Counted from the stretch's first letter, positions 1 through 9,617 are shown. The stretch is 32,000 nt of DNA from Thermosulfurimonas dismutans (GCF_001652585.1 NZ_LWLG01000017.1:1-32000); one strand, 5' to 3'. A program made the numbers and translations. Notes: generated by a model not told the origin, from the sequence alone.

Positions 1-664
1 CCCCCAGATAGTCCATTTCTAAAAGTTCCAAGGCCTTTCTCAAATTTTGGAGATCATCCTTCATTTCTTCCTCATTTTCTACCGTATACACTAGTTCCAT
101 CTTAAATTCCGTTCCTCTGGGAACCCTTTCTAATTGGCGGGGATTGGCGGAAGCGGTAACCCGATCTAGGCTATTTTCCCATTTCCATTCCGCATAAAGC
201 AGGCCGGTTTCTATGTTTTCAAGCTTTTCCCTTGACTCGTCGGTCATAAAAGCATCCCTTACGATAAGACGCGCCGGCCAGTTTCGGCCTCCTTTCTTAT
301 TTTTAGTAGCGCCAAATAAACGACATATAGGACAATATTTACTACCGGGAAAGTTTTTACTATCGTCTGGCTCCCAGTCGTCACATTCATGTCTTTTCGT
401 TCCACTTCCTCCAGAACGATTAGGAAAAATAGAATATGTTTGTCCGTTAACTTCGCAAAATGTGTATATTTTTTCCAACAAACTTCTTAACTTACCCTTA
501 AGCGAACTGCCCGGAATATAAGGTTCTCTAGTCAAAGGATCGCGAACCACCGGAGAATCTATAGCACCTATTTCCAAATGTTCCCTGGAAGCCCCTATAT
601 GAAGCCCTGTTTCGCAATGTATTATTCCTTCAATTGTTATTTTTCCGAGAACAGGCCTTTCCAT
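1..664 (-). CDS. csm3: Type III CRISPR backbone RAMP subunit Csm3 (Cas7 family); C-terminus lies beyond the window start
   Basis: Hand translation of the minus strand from ATG 664-662 (GGGGGA Shine-Dalgarno just upstream): MERPVLGKITIEGIIHCETGLHIGAS..IGAIDSPVVRDPLTREPYIPGSSLKGKLRSLLE..CPICRLFG..ARLIVRDA..ANPRQLERVPRGTEF. This matches the Csm3/Cmr4 RAMP signature. Gene order is cas10-csm2-csm3. It is absent from the supplied ORF track because it runs off the edge. Confidence 0.8.
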   Translation of the reverse strand, partial: MERPVLGKITIEGIIHCETGLHIGASREHLEIGAIDSPVVRDPLTREPYIPGSSLKGKLRSLLEKIYTFCEVNGQTYSIFPNRSGGSGTKRHECDDWEPDDSKNFPGSKYCPICRLFGATKNKKGGRNWPARLIVRDAFMTDESREKLENIETGLLYAEWKWENSLDRVTASANPRQLERVPRGTEFKMELVYTVENEEEMKDDLQNLRKALELLEMDYLG

Positions 665-681
665 TTTACATCCCCCTCATT

Positions 682-1077
682 TTAATCTTGCCCTCCGTAA
701 AACCGGTGATAAGCTACGATAGACTCTATGAAATAGACTAATCTCTGAAAGCTTTCCTTGCTTTGGGCTCCGGCTCTAATAGCAGGATCAAGAACTTCCA
801 TTAATGGTTTTAATTTTTCTTCTCTTCCAGCAAGATAAGCCAACTTAGGCCTTAATAAAATAACCTGATCCTTGTCAAATTTAGTTTGAATTTTTCTTAT
901 AGCATCTAAGAACTTCCTAATCTGTGTTGTTTTGATGTTGCAGTCTTTTAAAAACTTACCAATTCCTTCCCCTATTTCTACTATTCTTTCAGCGGATAAA
1001 ACATTTAAATTTTGAAGTTCTTTTTTATATTCGTTTAAATTATCTAATTTAACCTCTCTTTTTCTAGTTTTATTCAT
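682..1077 (-). CDS. csm2: Type III small subunit Csm2 (Cas11)
   Basis: 131-aa helical protein between cas10 and csm3, with an 8-nt overlap with the cas10 stop. Motifs TTQIRKFLDAIRKI, LRPKLAYLAGRE and IVAYHRFYGG resemble the Csm2 family. Confidence 0.65.
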   Translation of the reverse strand: MNKTRKREVKLDNLNEYKKELQNLNVLSAERIVEIGEGIGKFLKDCNIKTTQIRKFLDAIRKIQTKFDKDQVILLRPKLAYLAGREEKLKPLMEVLDPAIRAGAQSKESFQRLVYFIESIVAYHRFYGGQD

Positions 1078-3490
1078 TATCTTCCCTCCTCATGCTCATT
1101 ATTATCCATTGCATAGCTACATGCATTAGTTTCCAGTTCTTTTCAAAATCTAAAGAAAGCAGCCAGTTCTGAAGGGTTAAGTAATCCTTTTTAAGTTTTT
1201 CTCGGTCAAGACGGGATAAGAGATAGGCTATGCGAGGGAGGAAGATGGCTTTGTCTTTCTTATCATCCTCTCGAGTAAGCTCTTGAGCTATATTTAAAAT
1301 CCGATAAAGAAATGCTTTAGAAAAAGGCTCTTTTAAAATTAAAGAAGCTTTTTGAGTATCAGGCTCCAGATACTTTTGCCAGAAATTAAGCATTTCTTTT
1401 AAGTTTATAAGGCTTTCGTTAGGTATAACCTCACCGAGAATGAAAAGAGCGTTTTTTTTGGGGCGCAGATCCTTGGCCTTATCTTCTCCGGCTCCGGCAA
1501 GACGGGCAAACTGATAAACAGGCATTTTAATAGGCCCGAGAGCAATACCGCCCGACAAGGTCAATTCAGGATTGCCCGTATAAGAAGAAAAGGCTTTAAC
1601 AATATCTATTGCAGCTTCACATACATCAAGCCAGGCTCCCATGATAAAAAGATCGTCGCCTCCAGAGTAAATAATGGCTACTTTACGTCCATCTTGGTCT
1701 ATATCTCTCTTAGCCCAGTTAAACCTTTCCGGTGGTTTATAACCCGGCAGATGATTTCTTCCGCAAAGCAGGGTATTCAAATAATACTTAAAGAATAGAT
1801 TTAAACTTCTTGAAATAGCCGATATCCGGGAAAAAGTTTGATCTTCGGGTAATAAACCCTCCTTAAAAATTCGTCCCAGGTTATCCACATCCATCCGAAG
1901 AGCGGACAGCCTGGGAAGCCCAAAACCCTCTTCTTTTATTTTTTCAAATTCCCAAATTCCCTGATAATATCCGCAGGGTAGGAAAGCCTCCGCTCCGGGG
2001 GAAAAGTGGTTTACCGCAAAATAGGTATCATCTTGCGGTTTGCTGTCAAATTCATATCCTTTGTTTTCAATCGTAATAACGCCATGATTGTTTATATTTA
2101 GATAACTTGAAAATAAATTCTTGTTCTTTCCTGATTGTTGCTGAATGTTTTTACCTAAACGATATTCATCATAACAAGCATCACACAAAATTAAGTTTAC
2201 ATCATCAGACCGATTAGAAATATTTACTTCATCCCGAAAACACACTTCGCAGGCTCCGGGAGCCCCTTCCGCTTCAAGGCAGGAAGGGTGAATAGAAATA
2301 GGCTCAAACATGGAGGACAATTGTTCGGAAAACGGCTTTTTCTTGGATTTTTCGAGTTTTTCTGATACTTTTGCAAAAATATCTCCGGCTCTAATCCCCT
2401 TTTTTTGAGAGATAAAAACTTCTTCTCCGAAGGGTTCCCAAACAATATGAAGTTCCAGCAGAGCCTCAAACTTCCGCCAAAGCCAGTCATTAATTTTTCT
2501 TTTTGTGGTTTCGAGAATGCCCTCAGCGCTTTTGGTGTTAGGCAGAAGGAGATAAAAATGTCCGCCTCCGGAAAAAATGACATTGCAGCGATAAAGCCCC
2601 GCCTCGGAAAGGATCCGATTAATAGTGTGTTCCATAAGAAGTTCCAGGAAAAAGGAACGGCCCTTCAGCGAAAGAAGAGCCCCTTTAGAGGAGATGGTAT
2701 AGATGAAATTCTGAACCCCGGAGAGATCTCCACCCACAAGAATAAAAGGCTGTTGATTCCGGTTAGAGAGCTCTTCGATTACAAATTGATGTTTAATAAA
2801 ATCTGGCCCATACTTCTCCTCAAGCCATAGATAATAAACCGAACCGATGGCCGCCGTGAGCTTCAAATGATCGAAAAGGGAAATATCCGGCCAATCTTTA
2901 TATCCTTCTTTGGGCACACATGTTTCTGAAGGAACAAAAGAAAAATATTTTTCTAGAATTACCAGAAGTTTGTTGGGAGAGAGATCGCCATTTTTCGCTA
3001 TTTCTAAAAAATTTTTTTCAAAATTTTCCAAAAGTTCAGCGTATTTCTCAGGAGTAGTCCTGCTAGGACATTTGGCAGCCGAAGGTAAATCAGGAGAAAC
3101 CTCTTCCAAAGGCCAAAAAGCGGGATAGGGATCTTGAGGACGTGGATTTTTAAGAGAAATTCTACTGAAGGGAGTGGCCAGAGGCGCATACCAATCCCAT
3201 TTATAAGGGCCCGTACATTTTCCTTTAGAGGTTTCTCTTTCTCCCGCGGCCAGGTGATCGGCTTTTTGCAGAAGGGCTAAAAGCGGAATCTCTTCGGCTT
3301 CTTTTAAATTATGATGTAGTTCTACTAAATATATTATTTTATTTAATGAGTCTCTACCAATTTCTGAAAGCCTTTTTGAAAGCCATTTAGCCCCTTCTTC
3401 CGAATGATTTTTTCCGGAGTGCCCTTCTTTAGAACGTAAAATAATTTTACCTATGTCATGAAGAAAGCAGGCATTAACAAAGCCTTTCAT
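1070..3490 (-). CDS. cas10: Cas10/Csm1 large subunit with HD nuclease and GGDD cyclase motifs
   Basis: 806 aa. N-terminal HD (CFLHDIGK .. ELHHN), palm SGGGHFYLL, Zn-finger CEVC..CDAC, and cyclase motif IYSGGDDLF (GGDD encoded at nt 1652-1663). Confidence 0.9.
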   Translation of the reverse strand: MKGFVNACFLHDIGKIILRSKEGHSGKNHSEEGAKWLSKRLSEIGRDSLNKIIYLVELHHNLKEAEEIPLLALLQKADHLAAGERETSKGKCTGPYKWDWYAPLATPFSRISLKNPRPQDPYPAFWPLEEVSPDLPSAAKCPSRTTPEKYAELLENFEKNFLEIAKNGDLSPNKLLVILEKYFSFVPSETCVPKEGYKDWPDISLFDHLKLTAAIGSVYYLWLEEKYGPDFIKHQFVIEELSNRNQQPFILVGGDLSGVQNFIYTISSKGALLSLKGRSFFLELLMEHTINRILSEAGLYRCNVIFSGGGHFYLLLPNTKSAEGILETTKRKINDWLWRKFEALLELHIVWEPFGEEVFISQKKGIRAGDIFAKVSEKLEKSKKKPFSEQLSSMFEPISIHPSCLEAEGAPGACEVCFRDEVNISNRSDDVNLILCDACYDEYRLGKNIQQQSGKNKNLFSSYLNINNHGVITIENKGYEFDSKPQDDTYFAVNHFSPGAEAFLPCGYYQGIWEFEKIKEEGFGLPRLSALRMDVDNLGRIFKEGLLPEDQTFSRISAISRSLNLFFKYYLNTLLCGRNHLPGYKPPERFNWAKRDIDQDGRKVAIIYSGGDDLFIMGAWLDVCEAAIDIVKAFSSYTGNPELTLSGGIALGPIKMPVYQFARLAGAGEDKAKDLRPKKNALFILGEVIPNESLINLKEMLNFWQKYLEPDTQKASLILKEPFSKAFLYRILNIAQELTREDDKKDKAIFLPRIAYLLSRLDREKLKKDYLTLQNWLLSLDFEKNWKLMHVAMQWIIMSMRREDNE

Positions 3491-3786
3491 TTTTTCTCTA
3501 CCTATTTTTCCGGCTTACCAGCGTGAAAGGTTCCGGGCGCAAAGAGGTCCCCTGGCAGGCATCCCCCAGAAACATAGGCGTTACGATGCGGCAGGTGAGA
3601 GTAAGGTGAACTTGCTTCCCGAACCTTCGGTGGAGGATCTCGCCCCCCTTCGCCCCCATAATTTTTTTATTACTCGGTATTTCCTTGGAGTCAATAGAAC
3701 AAGCTTCCAGTTTTTCGCAATTCGAGTTTTTGCGGCCCTATCCGGGGAAAGGTAAAATCCATTTAAAAACTAAAGGAGCTACGGCC

Positions 3787-6700
3787 ATGGAGGATACACT
3801 GCTTTTACCCCTGGAGAGACTGGAGAAATGTCTCAGACATCCTAGCCCGGTGGTGAGGATCTGGGCCTGGGAGAGGCTGGAGACCATATATCCTGAACGG
3901 CTGTCGGAATTTGTCCCCCTGGCCTTAGAGGAAAAGGACCGGCTGGTGCTGGAGGAGGCCTTGAGGGCCTTCCGGGATAAGGCCTCTTCTATTTCTCCCG
4001 AAGATCGGGAAGCCCTGCAGGCAAACCTTCTTGAACGGCTGCAAGAGGAAAAAAGCCCTGATCTCCTTCTTGTGAGCCTTCAGCTCTTCGGAGTCCTTGG
4101 GGTCTTGACCACGGTATTATCGGAAAATCCTTGGCTTGTAGAAAGAATATTCGGTGACGAAAAATTCGCTCCTCTTTTCTTCCATAGGGTGCTATTCCAG
4201 CTTCCTCTCTCCGAAATAGAGGCCTTTCAGAGCCTTCTGGATCAGCCCATTCCGGAATGGGAGGCCTATCTTGCGGGGAACCGGATATGGAACACCGCGG
4301 ATCCCTCTCCGGTAAAAGAGGTTTATGCCCATCTCCGGGAGCATCTTCCCTATATCCTTCTGGGACTCCAAACTACCCTCACGAAAGAGGATTATTTTTT
4401 GGATATTCTTCCGGAAAAGGAACGCGAGAGCTTCAAAAACCTTGAGAATAAAAGAAATCGCCGTCGGGTGAGGGCCTTCATAGAGGAAGAGTTTGAGAAA
4501 TTGCGAGAGGAAGTGGTGAAGCGGCGAGGGGAGATCAATCTCCGGCGTCATCTGGAAAGACCCCGCAGCCTGGGAGTGGTCTTCCGCACGCTGGAAACCC
4601 TGCTCGCGATCTCGGATGGCGACCTCTCCGAACCGGTGGTAGAAAGCCTGGGACTCCTCTTCCTGACCCTCCTCTGGGGAAAACCTCTCCTCGGCCTTCC
4701 GGAAAACCTCTCCCGGGAGGAACTCCTGGATCTCTACTTTGAAGAGACGCACCCCATCTTTCCGGAGGACGAGGATCTGCGGAAGAAGATCCTGGCCCTT
4801 CTCGAAACCGATAAAGACCTTAAGGAAGTGCTGAGACAACGCCTTCGGAAGGTCTTTTCTGAAGATTCTTACGGAGCAGAACGGGGAGTGAACCTCGTAC
4901 GGGAATGCGGAAAGACCTTTCTCCCGGAGCTCCTGGACTTCTTTGAAAAGTCGGTAAAAGAAAATTTCCTGGACAGAGAATACATCGAAGAGGCCCTCGT
5001 GCCCTGGATTCGGGAAAAGGAGGTCCGCCGGAGACTCCTGGAGATGGCGGAAAAATACGGCGATCACACCATTTTCTTTATTCTCGAACACTATCCCACC
5101 TCCGAGGCGGCTCTTACCCTGGCTAGGGACTTTGAGACCTGGATCAAAAGAGATTTTGAGTCCCTGGGGTGGCTCTCCAGCTTCTTTCCCCATCCGGAGC
5201 TCTGGAAGAAGATGAAAGAAGCTCTGCATCCCTGGGTTCGCGATTGGAAAGAGACCTTCGTGATCTTTGCCCATCTATTCGAGCCCGAATTTCCGGGGCT
5301 CGAAGAACTGGAAAGAGAAACCTACCACGAAATGAAAGAAGACACGGCCATTCTCCTTGAGGAAAAGATTCCTCCTTCTTCACCAATGGTTCTTACTCTT
5401 GCCTGTGAGGTCTGCGGTTATTACTTCCCTTTTAAGCCCCGGGTGGTGCTGGTAGGAGGGGAGGAGCCGGACCTTCCGGAAAAGGTGGTGTGCCCCCGGT
5501 GCGGAGCGGAGGAAAGATTTTCTCTTCCGAAGAGGGAAAAGGCCCATCTGACCGCCCAAATGTGGCGTCTTCTTGAGGAGAAGCAGGAATTTGAGGAATG
5601 GAGGGACGGGATACTTCCCGTGGAAGGGTTGATAATAAACATAAAAGGGCAAAAACGAACCTTCAGCCGGTATCGTGAGGCCCTGGAGCATTATCGGCAC
5701 ATGGTGGAAACCCATGCCCGGGATCCGGAGGTCCTGAGCGGCTACATTCACCTGCTCCTTAAGGGAAGGCGGCTTGAGGAGGCAAGGGAGGCCCTGGAAC
5801 GACTCAAGGTCCTGGATCCCGCCTGTGTGGATCATGCCTATCTCTGGGCCATCTATTATCGTCTGCGAAACGAGCCCGAAAGGGCCCTTGAATTTTACCG
5901 AAAAGCCCTGGAGGCCCTGGCCCGAAGGGCTCCCTTCTATCGGTTCCATCCTCAAGATCCCGCCGAGACCTTAAGGGCCATCTTCTTCGAGGCCCGGGAC
6001 TATGCCAGGACCACAGGCAAGCCTTTCTCCATAGATGAAGATCTTCTTCGCGAAAGGAAAAAGGTGGGCCGCAACGATCCCTGCCCCTGTGGGAGCGGGA
6101 AAAAGTACAAAAAGTGCTGTATGAAAAAGCAAGAAGTCGCCCGCGAGAAACAGAGTGCCCAGAGTCCGGAGGAGAAGAGGGCCTTCCGGCTATACGAAGG
6201 TTTTGTAATCCGCAAATACAAGCAGGAGCTTCTGGCTTTTCTTGAGGAATGGATTCCGCGTCTTGAAGAAATAAGCCGGGAGCAGGATCCAGACCGGGAC
6301 TGGATTCCGTTTATAAGTGAAATGTTCCTTTTTCTGGGACGGGGTAGATCCGGAAAGCCTGTAGTGGAGGAATTTCTGGAGAGCAAGGGACGCAACCTTT
6401 CAGAGGCCGAAAAGGCCATCCTGGCCTCGCTTCGCAAGGCCTATCCCGGGCTCTATGAAGTCCTGGATGTGGACGAGGACAAGGGGTACCTCCTTCTCAG
6501 GGACCGAATCACGGAGACGAGTTTCCCGGTGCGGGACTATTCTTTGGCCAAACAACTTGCTCCGGGAGAAAAGATCTGGACCATGCTCTTTCGAGCCGGA
6601 GACCACTGGCGCCCCTCACGGGTTGCCCTCCCCGTTCCCGTTTTAAGTGAACCGCAGGTCTATCAGAAGGTGCGTGAGATGTTTGAAGCCTCCGGGGAGA

Positions 6701-7443
6701 AGGACTATCCCTCCTTCGCCAGAAAAAAGGCCCCGGAGATCTTCCTTGAGGTGGTGAAAATCCTCTTTGCTCCGCTGGAAATCCGTTTTATCACCCCCGA
6801 GGGCGACGAGGTGGTGCTGGTGCGGGCCCATTATGAGCTCCTGTCCCCCGAAGTGGAAGACCTTTTCCCCACCGGTGATTTCATTCGGGGAGAGGAACAC
6901 GAGTACATCCTGGTGGAGCCGGCGGAGGGAAGCGTATGGAGTGCCGGGAAGCTTTCATCCCGCAAGGAGGAGTTCCGGCCCGGCACCCTTGTGCTCCAGA
7001 GCCGTTATCTGGGGAAGTATCTGGAGATCGGGCGGGTGGAGTTTTTGCCGGAAAAGGGCCGGGTAAGGCTTGAGGCCCTCTCCCGTCCCCGAATGGAGCG
7101 TCTGCGGAAGGCCTTTGAGAAGGTGGCCGGAGAGGGGGTGCGTTTCCTCTTGGAAGAAATCTCCGATTTCGAGAAGTTCATGAAAGGTGTTCCCAGGGAA
7201 GGAAAAGAGATCCCCGACGAGGAGGCCGCGGAGCTTCGCTGGCTGGAGTATCTGGCCTGGCTGGACACCCCGGAGCCGGAGCTTGAAGGACGCACCCCAC
7301 GCGAAGCCTGGCAGGACCCGGATCTCAGACCCCGCGTAGAAGAAATGCTCCGGCGATTTGAGGCCCTGGAAAAACACCAGAAACGGGAAGGGCGCAAACA
7401 TCTCAATATCCGGAAACTTCGTCCGCTTCTGGAAAACGCGTAA
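3787..7443 (+). CDS. Large (1218 aa) multidomain protein: HEAT-like N-terminus, CxxC..CxxC zinc ribbon, TPR repeats, SEC-C metal-binding motif; function unknown
   Basis: Long uninterrupted ORF. The ATG at 3787 has an AAGGAG RBS 8 nt upstream, whereas the track start 3685 is a TTG without an RBS. Zinc ribbon CEVCGYYF..CPRCGAEE lies at nt 5404-5502. TPR-like helices span ~nt 5680-5960. SEC-C motif CPCGSGKKYKKCC lies at nt 6082-6120. Confidence 0.6.
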   Translation: MEDTLLLPLERLEKCLRHPSPVVRIWAWERLETIYPERLSEFVPLALEEKDRLVLEEALRAFRDKASSISPEDREALQANLLERLQEEKSPDLLLVSLQLFGVLGVLTTVLSENPWLVERIFGDEKFAPLFFHRVLFQLPLSEIEAFQSLLDQPIPEWEAYLAGNRIWNTADPSPVKEVYAHLREHLPYILLGLQTTLTKEDYFLDILPEKERESFKNLENKRNRRRVRAFIEEEFEKLREEVVKRRGEINLRRHLERPRSLGVVFRTLETLLAISDGDLSEPVVESLGLLFLTLLWGKPLLGLPENLSREELLDLYFEETHPIFPEDEDLRKKILALLETDKDLKEVLRQRLRKVFSEDSYGAERGVNLVRECGKTFLPELLDFFEKSVKENFLDREYIEEALVPWIREKEVRRRLLEMAEKYGDHTIFFILEHYPTSEAALTLARDFETWIKRDFESLGWLSSFFPHPELWKKMKEALHPWVRDWKETFVIFAHLFEPEFPGLEELERETYHEMKEDTAILLEEKIPPSSPMVLTLACEVCGYYFPFKPRVVLVGGEEPDLPEKVVCPRCGAEERFSLPKREKAHLTAQMWRLLEEKQEFEEWRDGILPVEGLIINIKGQKRTFSRYREALEHYRHMVETHARDPEVLSGYIHLLLKGRRLEEAREALERLKVLDPACVDHAYLWAIYYRLRNEPERALEFYRKALEALARRAPFYRFHPQDPAETLRAIFFEARDYARTTGKPFSIDEDLLRERKKVGRNDPCPCGSGKKYKKCCMKKQEVAREKQSAQSPEEKRAFRLYEGFVIRKYKQELLAFLEEWIPRLEEISREQDPDRDWIPFISEMFLFLGRGRSGKPVVEEFLESKGRNLSEAEKAILASLRKAYPGLYEVLDVDEDKGYLLLRDRITETSFPVRDYSLAKQLAPGEKIWTMLFRAGDHWRPSRVALPVPVLSEPQVYQKVREMFEASGEKDYPSFARKKAPEIFLEVVKILFAPLEIRFITPEGDEVVLVRAHYELLSPEVEDLFPTGDFIRGEEHEYILVEPAEGSVWSAGKLSSRKEEFRPGTLVLQSRYLGKYLEIGRVEFLPEKGRVRLEALSRPRMERLRKAFEKVAGEGVRFLLEEISDFEKFMKGVPREGKEIPDEEAAELRWLEYLAWLDTPEPELEGRTPREAWQDPDLRPRVEEMLRRFEALEKHQKREGRKHLNIRKLRPLLENA

Positions 7444-7563
7444 TACAGTATCCCATAGCCTGTGCAGATTGCTTTGCTCTGAGACCGGCCAGGCTCAAGA
7501 AGGCCAAAATCTTTACCGGGGGGCCGAAATTTGAAAAAGTCGGAAAAGAAAGAGTAAAAATAG

Positions 7564-7974
7564 ATGGTTGCAGGTAAAAGCGGCTTGAGGAAGGTCCTCC
7601 TCATTTTCTCCCATCACCTCACTCCGGATCAGGAGCGGGAACTGAGGGAGGAATGGAAGGTAGGGGAATTCGTGGAACTTCCCCCGGAACTCCAAAAGCT
7701 CTGGGCCGGGGTGCCTCCGGAGGCCGAAACTCTTGAGCCATATCTTGAGCCCCTTTTTTGCTGGATGGCCGGGGTTGCTCGCCCCGGAGACCTCGCCTTC
7801 ATCCAGGGAGAGTTCGGGGCGGTCTATCTCACGGTGAGGCGGGCGCTTAAGCTAGGCCTTACGCCCATATACGCCACCTCGCGCCGGGAGGTCCGGGAAA
7901 AGTACCTTCTTGACGGCTCGGTGATCCAGGAGAGGGTTTTCAAACACGTGCGCTTCAGGATCTACGGGAGATGA
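7564..7974 (+). CDS. csx20: Small CRISPR-associated-like protein, possibly Csx20 family
   Basis: 136 aa, translationally coupled (ATGA overlap) to cas6. The N-terminal pattern VLLIFSHHLTPDQERELREEWKVGEFVELPPELQKLWAGVPPE resembles my recollection of Csx20 proteins. Family assignment is from memory only. Confidence 0.4.
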   Translation: MVAGKSGLRKVLLIFSHHLTPDQERELREEWKVGEFVELPPELQKLWAGVPPEAETLEPYLEPLFCWMAGVARPGDLAFIQGEFGAVYLTVRRALKLGLTPIYATSRREVREKYLLDGSVIQERVFKHVRFRIYGR

Positions 7975-8882
7975 TCTGGCTTCCTTTGAATACTTTTTAT
8001 ATCTATTTCGAGGCTGAAGAACCGGAAGCCTTACCGGCAAGACTATTTTCTACCTTTCGGGGGGCCTTCGGCCGGGCCCTGAAGAGGCTCTCCTGCGTGG
8101 CGAGGAAGTACAAGACCTGTCTCGAATGTCCTCTATGTCTGGATTGCGCCTACGGGTACCTCTTTGAGACCCCGAGACCTCCCGAGGCCGAGCGCCTGCG
8201 GAAATATCCCTATATAGGGCATCCCTTCGCTTTTGCTCCGCCCTTTCCCTATGAAAAGAAAAATCCCTTACAGGTAAGGACGACTCTGGTGGGGCGTGCC
8301 CTGCGGTTCTTTCCGCATGTAGTTTTGGCGTTTGAGGCCCTTGCCAAAACCGGACTCGGGAGAAGAAGGGTGCGCCTTCGGTTAATTTCCGTAAAAGAAA
8401 AGGACACAGGGCGGATGCTTTATGGTGAGGGAAAAATCTGGAATCCAGAGCCGTTTCCGCCACCGAGAGAAAATCCCTCTGTTGAAAACCTTGCTATAAA
8501 GTTCCTTACCCCTACCTCCCTTCGATTTTCTCGAAGAATCGTAAGGCCGGAAGACCTTGAGTTTCACATCCTCATCCGCAACCTCCTGCGTCGGGTCTCC
8601 ATGCTCTCGTATTTTCACGCCGGGACCCCGCTTGAGGTGGACTTCAGGGGGCTCATCGCCCGGGCAGAAAGAATAAAGACCGTAAGCCGAAAGCTTTCCT
8701 GGGTGCGATTCAAAAGGCGTTCGGCCCGCACCGGAGAGACTCATCCCCTGGAGGGATTCGTGGGCGAGGTGGAGTTTACGGGAGATTTTGGCCCTTTTGC
8801 TGAACTACTTCACCTGGGAACCTACGTGCAGGTGGGCCGCCACACCAGTTTCGGATTTGGATGCTATGGAATTAGACAATAG
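7971..8882 (+). CDS. cas6: Cas6-type pre-crRNA endoribonuclease (cysteine-cluster/DUF2276-like RAMP)
   Basis: 303 aa. Cys cluster CVARKYKTCLECPLCLDCAYGYLFE. C-terminal glycine-rich RAMP loop GTYVQVGRHTSFGFGCY. Located within the cas locus. Confidence 0.75.
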   Translation: MIWLPLNTFYIYFEAEEPEALPARLFSTFRGAFGRALKRLSCVARKYKTCLECPLCLDCAYGYLFETPRPPEAERLRKYPYIGHPFAFAPPFPYEKKNPLQVRTTLVGRALRFFPHVVLAFEALAKTGLGRRRVRLRLISVKEKDTGRMLYGEGKIWNPEPFPPPRENPSVENLAIKFLTPTSLRFSRRIVRPEDLEFHILIRNLLRRVSMLSYFHAGTPLEVDFRGLIARAERIKTVSRKLSWVRFKRRSARTGETHPLEGFVGEVEFTGDFGPFAELLHLGTYVQVGRHTSFGFGCYGIRQ

Positions 8883-9036
8883 ATAATTACGTCTGAAGCT
8901 TTCCGGGAAGTTTAAGGGCTTTTCTTACGAAGGAGCCCTCAGGCTTACTATTGGTGAATCCATCAGGCTACCAGGTCAAAAATCGCCTCTAACCGGGAAT
9001 AAGTAGTTTCTAGGTCCGCAAGAAATCAATAAAAAA

Positions 9037-9114
9037 TGGCGTCCCCGGCGGGATTTGAACCCACGTTGCCGGCGTGAAAGGCCGGTGTCCTGGACCTGGC
9101 TAGACGACGGGGAC
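9037..9114 (-). tRNA. tRNA-Glu (anticodon UUC), CCA encoded
   Basis: The reverse complement folds as GTCCCCG/TC/GTC..GAC/A/CCGGC-CTTTCAC-GCCGG/CAAC/GTGGG-TTCAAAT-CCCGC/CGGGGAC/G/CCA. It is almost colinear with E. coli tRNA-Glu. Confidence 0.9.
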
Positions 9115-9155
9115 GCCGCCTTTTCCTTAAAAGCTTTTATGTCTCCTTTCTCAAG

Positions 9156-9195
9156 TGGGCCGAGCAGGATTCGAACCTACGCTTCTTAGCTTAAA
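9156..9195 (-). pseudogene. 3' fragment of a tRNA-Lys-like gene (T-arm plus acceptor 3' strand); candidate att repeat
   Basis: Positions 9150-9195 match 19482-19527 (the 3' part of intact tRNA-Lys plus 6 nt of flank) at 40/46 positions by hand alignment. No D-arm or 5' acceptor strand follows. Confidence 0.65.
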
Positions 9196-9260
9196 GCCCT
9201 GCCCGACACGTCCGAATCTTAATCAATCTTAGTATTTCTGTCAATATCTGAGGGAGGAAG

Positions 9261-9617
9261 TTAGGCCGCGGCCGGAACCTCGGAGGAAGAATTCGCGCGG
9301 GAGGCCAGCTTGCGGGCGTAGTAGTCCCTCACGGCGCGAAGCACCTCCACGAATGTGGCATCCTTCAGGCCCAGCTCCGGCACCTCGTAGCGCCCGGGAA
9401 TGTTGAGCCGACGGGCCTCGGAAAGACAAATATTGAGGTCATAAACCGGATCTTTAATGAAAGCTAAACTGTAACCCACAATACGCCCCTCAGCATCCTC
9501 GCTAATTTGATGCCCAATCTCTCCGGTAAGGGGGCTGTCTTCCCCTTCCTCGTCAGGGGAAAGGAGATGGAACCCTACAAAATCTTCTTTGAAATGGAGC
9601 CTGACGCGGTTTTTCAT
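9261..9617 (-). CDS. Hypothetical protein (118 aa)
   Basis: ORF with an AAGGAG RBS. Its GC content resembles the flanking chromosome, not the cassette array. No family recognised. Confidence 0.5.
   Translation of the reverse strand: MKNRVRLHFKEDFVGFHLLSPDEEGEDSPLTGEIGHQISEDAEGRIVGYSLAFIKDPVYDLNICLSEARRLNIPGRYEVPELGLKDATFVEVLRAVRDYYARKLASRANSSSEVPAAA

Noticed and set aside
213-521. 102-aa plus-strand ORF at the left edge.
   Set aside because: It is antisense to the csm3 coding sequence, which has clear RAMP motifs on the minus strand.
3491-3786. GC-rich ~300-nt divergent intergenic region. On the minus strand, stretches such as TTCGGGAAGCAAG and GGGGGATGCCTGCCAGGGGACC superficially recall SRP (4.5S) RNA domain IV.
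   Set aside because: The conserved GGAA-tetraloop/AGCAGC arrangement of SRP helix 8 is not reproduced, and I could not build a convincing long hairpin by hand. It most likely holds promoter/UTR sequence for the cas10 operon and the 1218-aa gene. A cmscan against Rfam would settle it.
4192-5274. 360-aa minus-strand ORF, with similar antisense ORFs at 5380..5955, 6000..6437, 6955..7401 and 7005..7604.
   Set aside because: All lie antisense to the long motif-bearing 1218-aa ORF. They have low-complexity R/S/G/P-rich translations and no RBS or recognisable motifs. They are typical shadow ORFs of GC-richer coding DNA.
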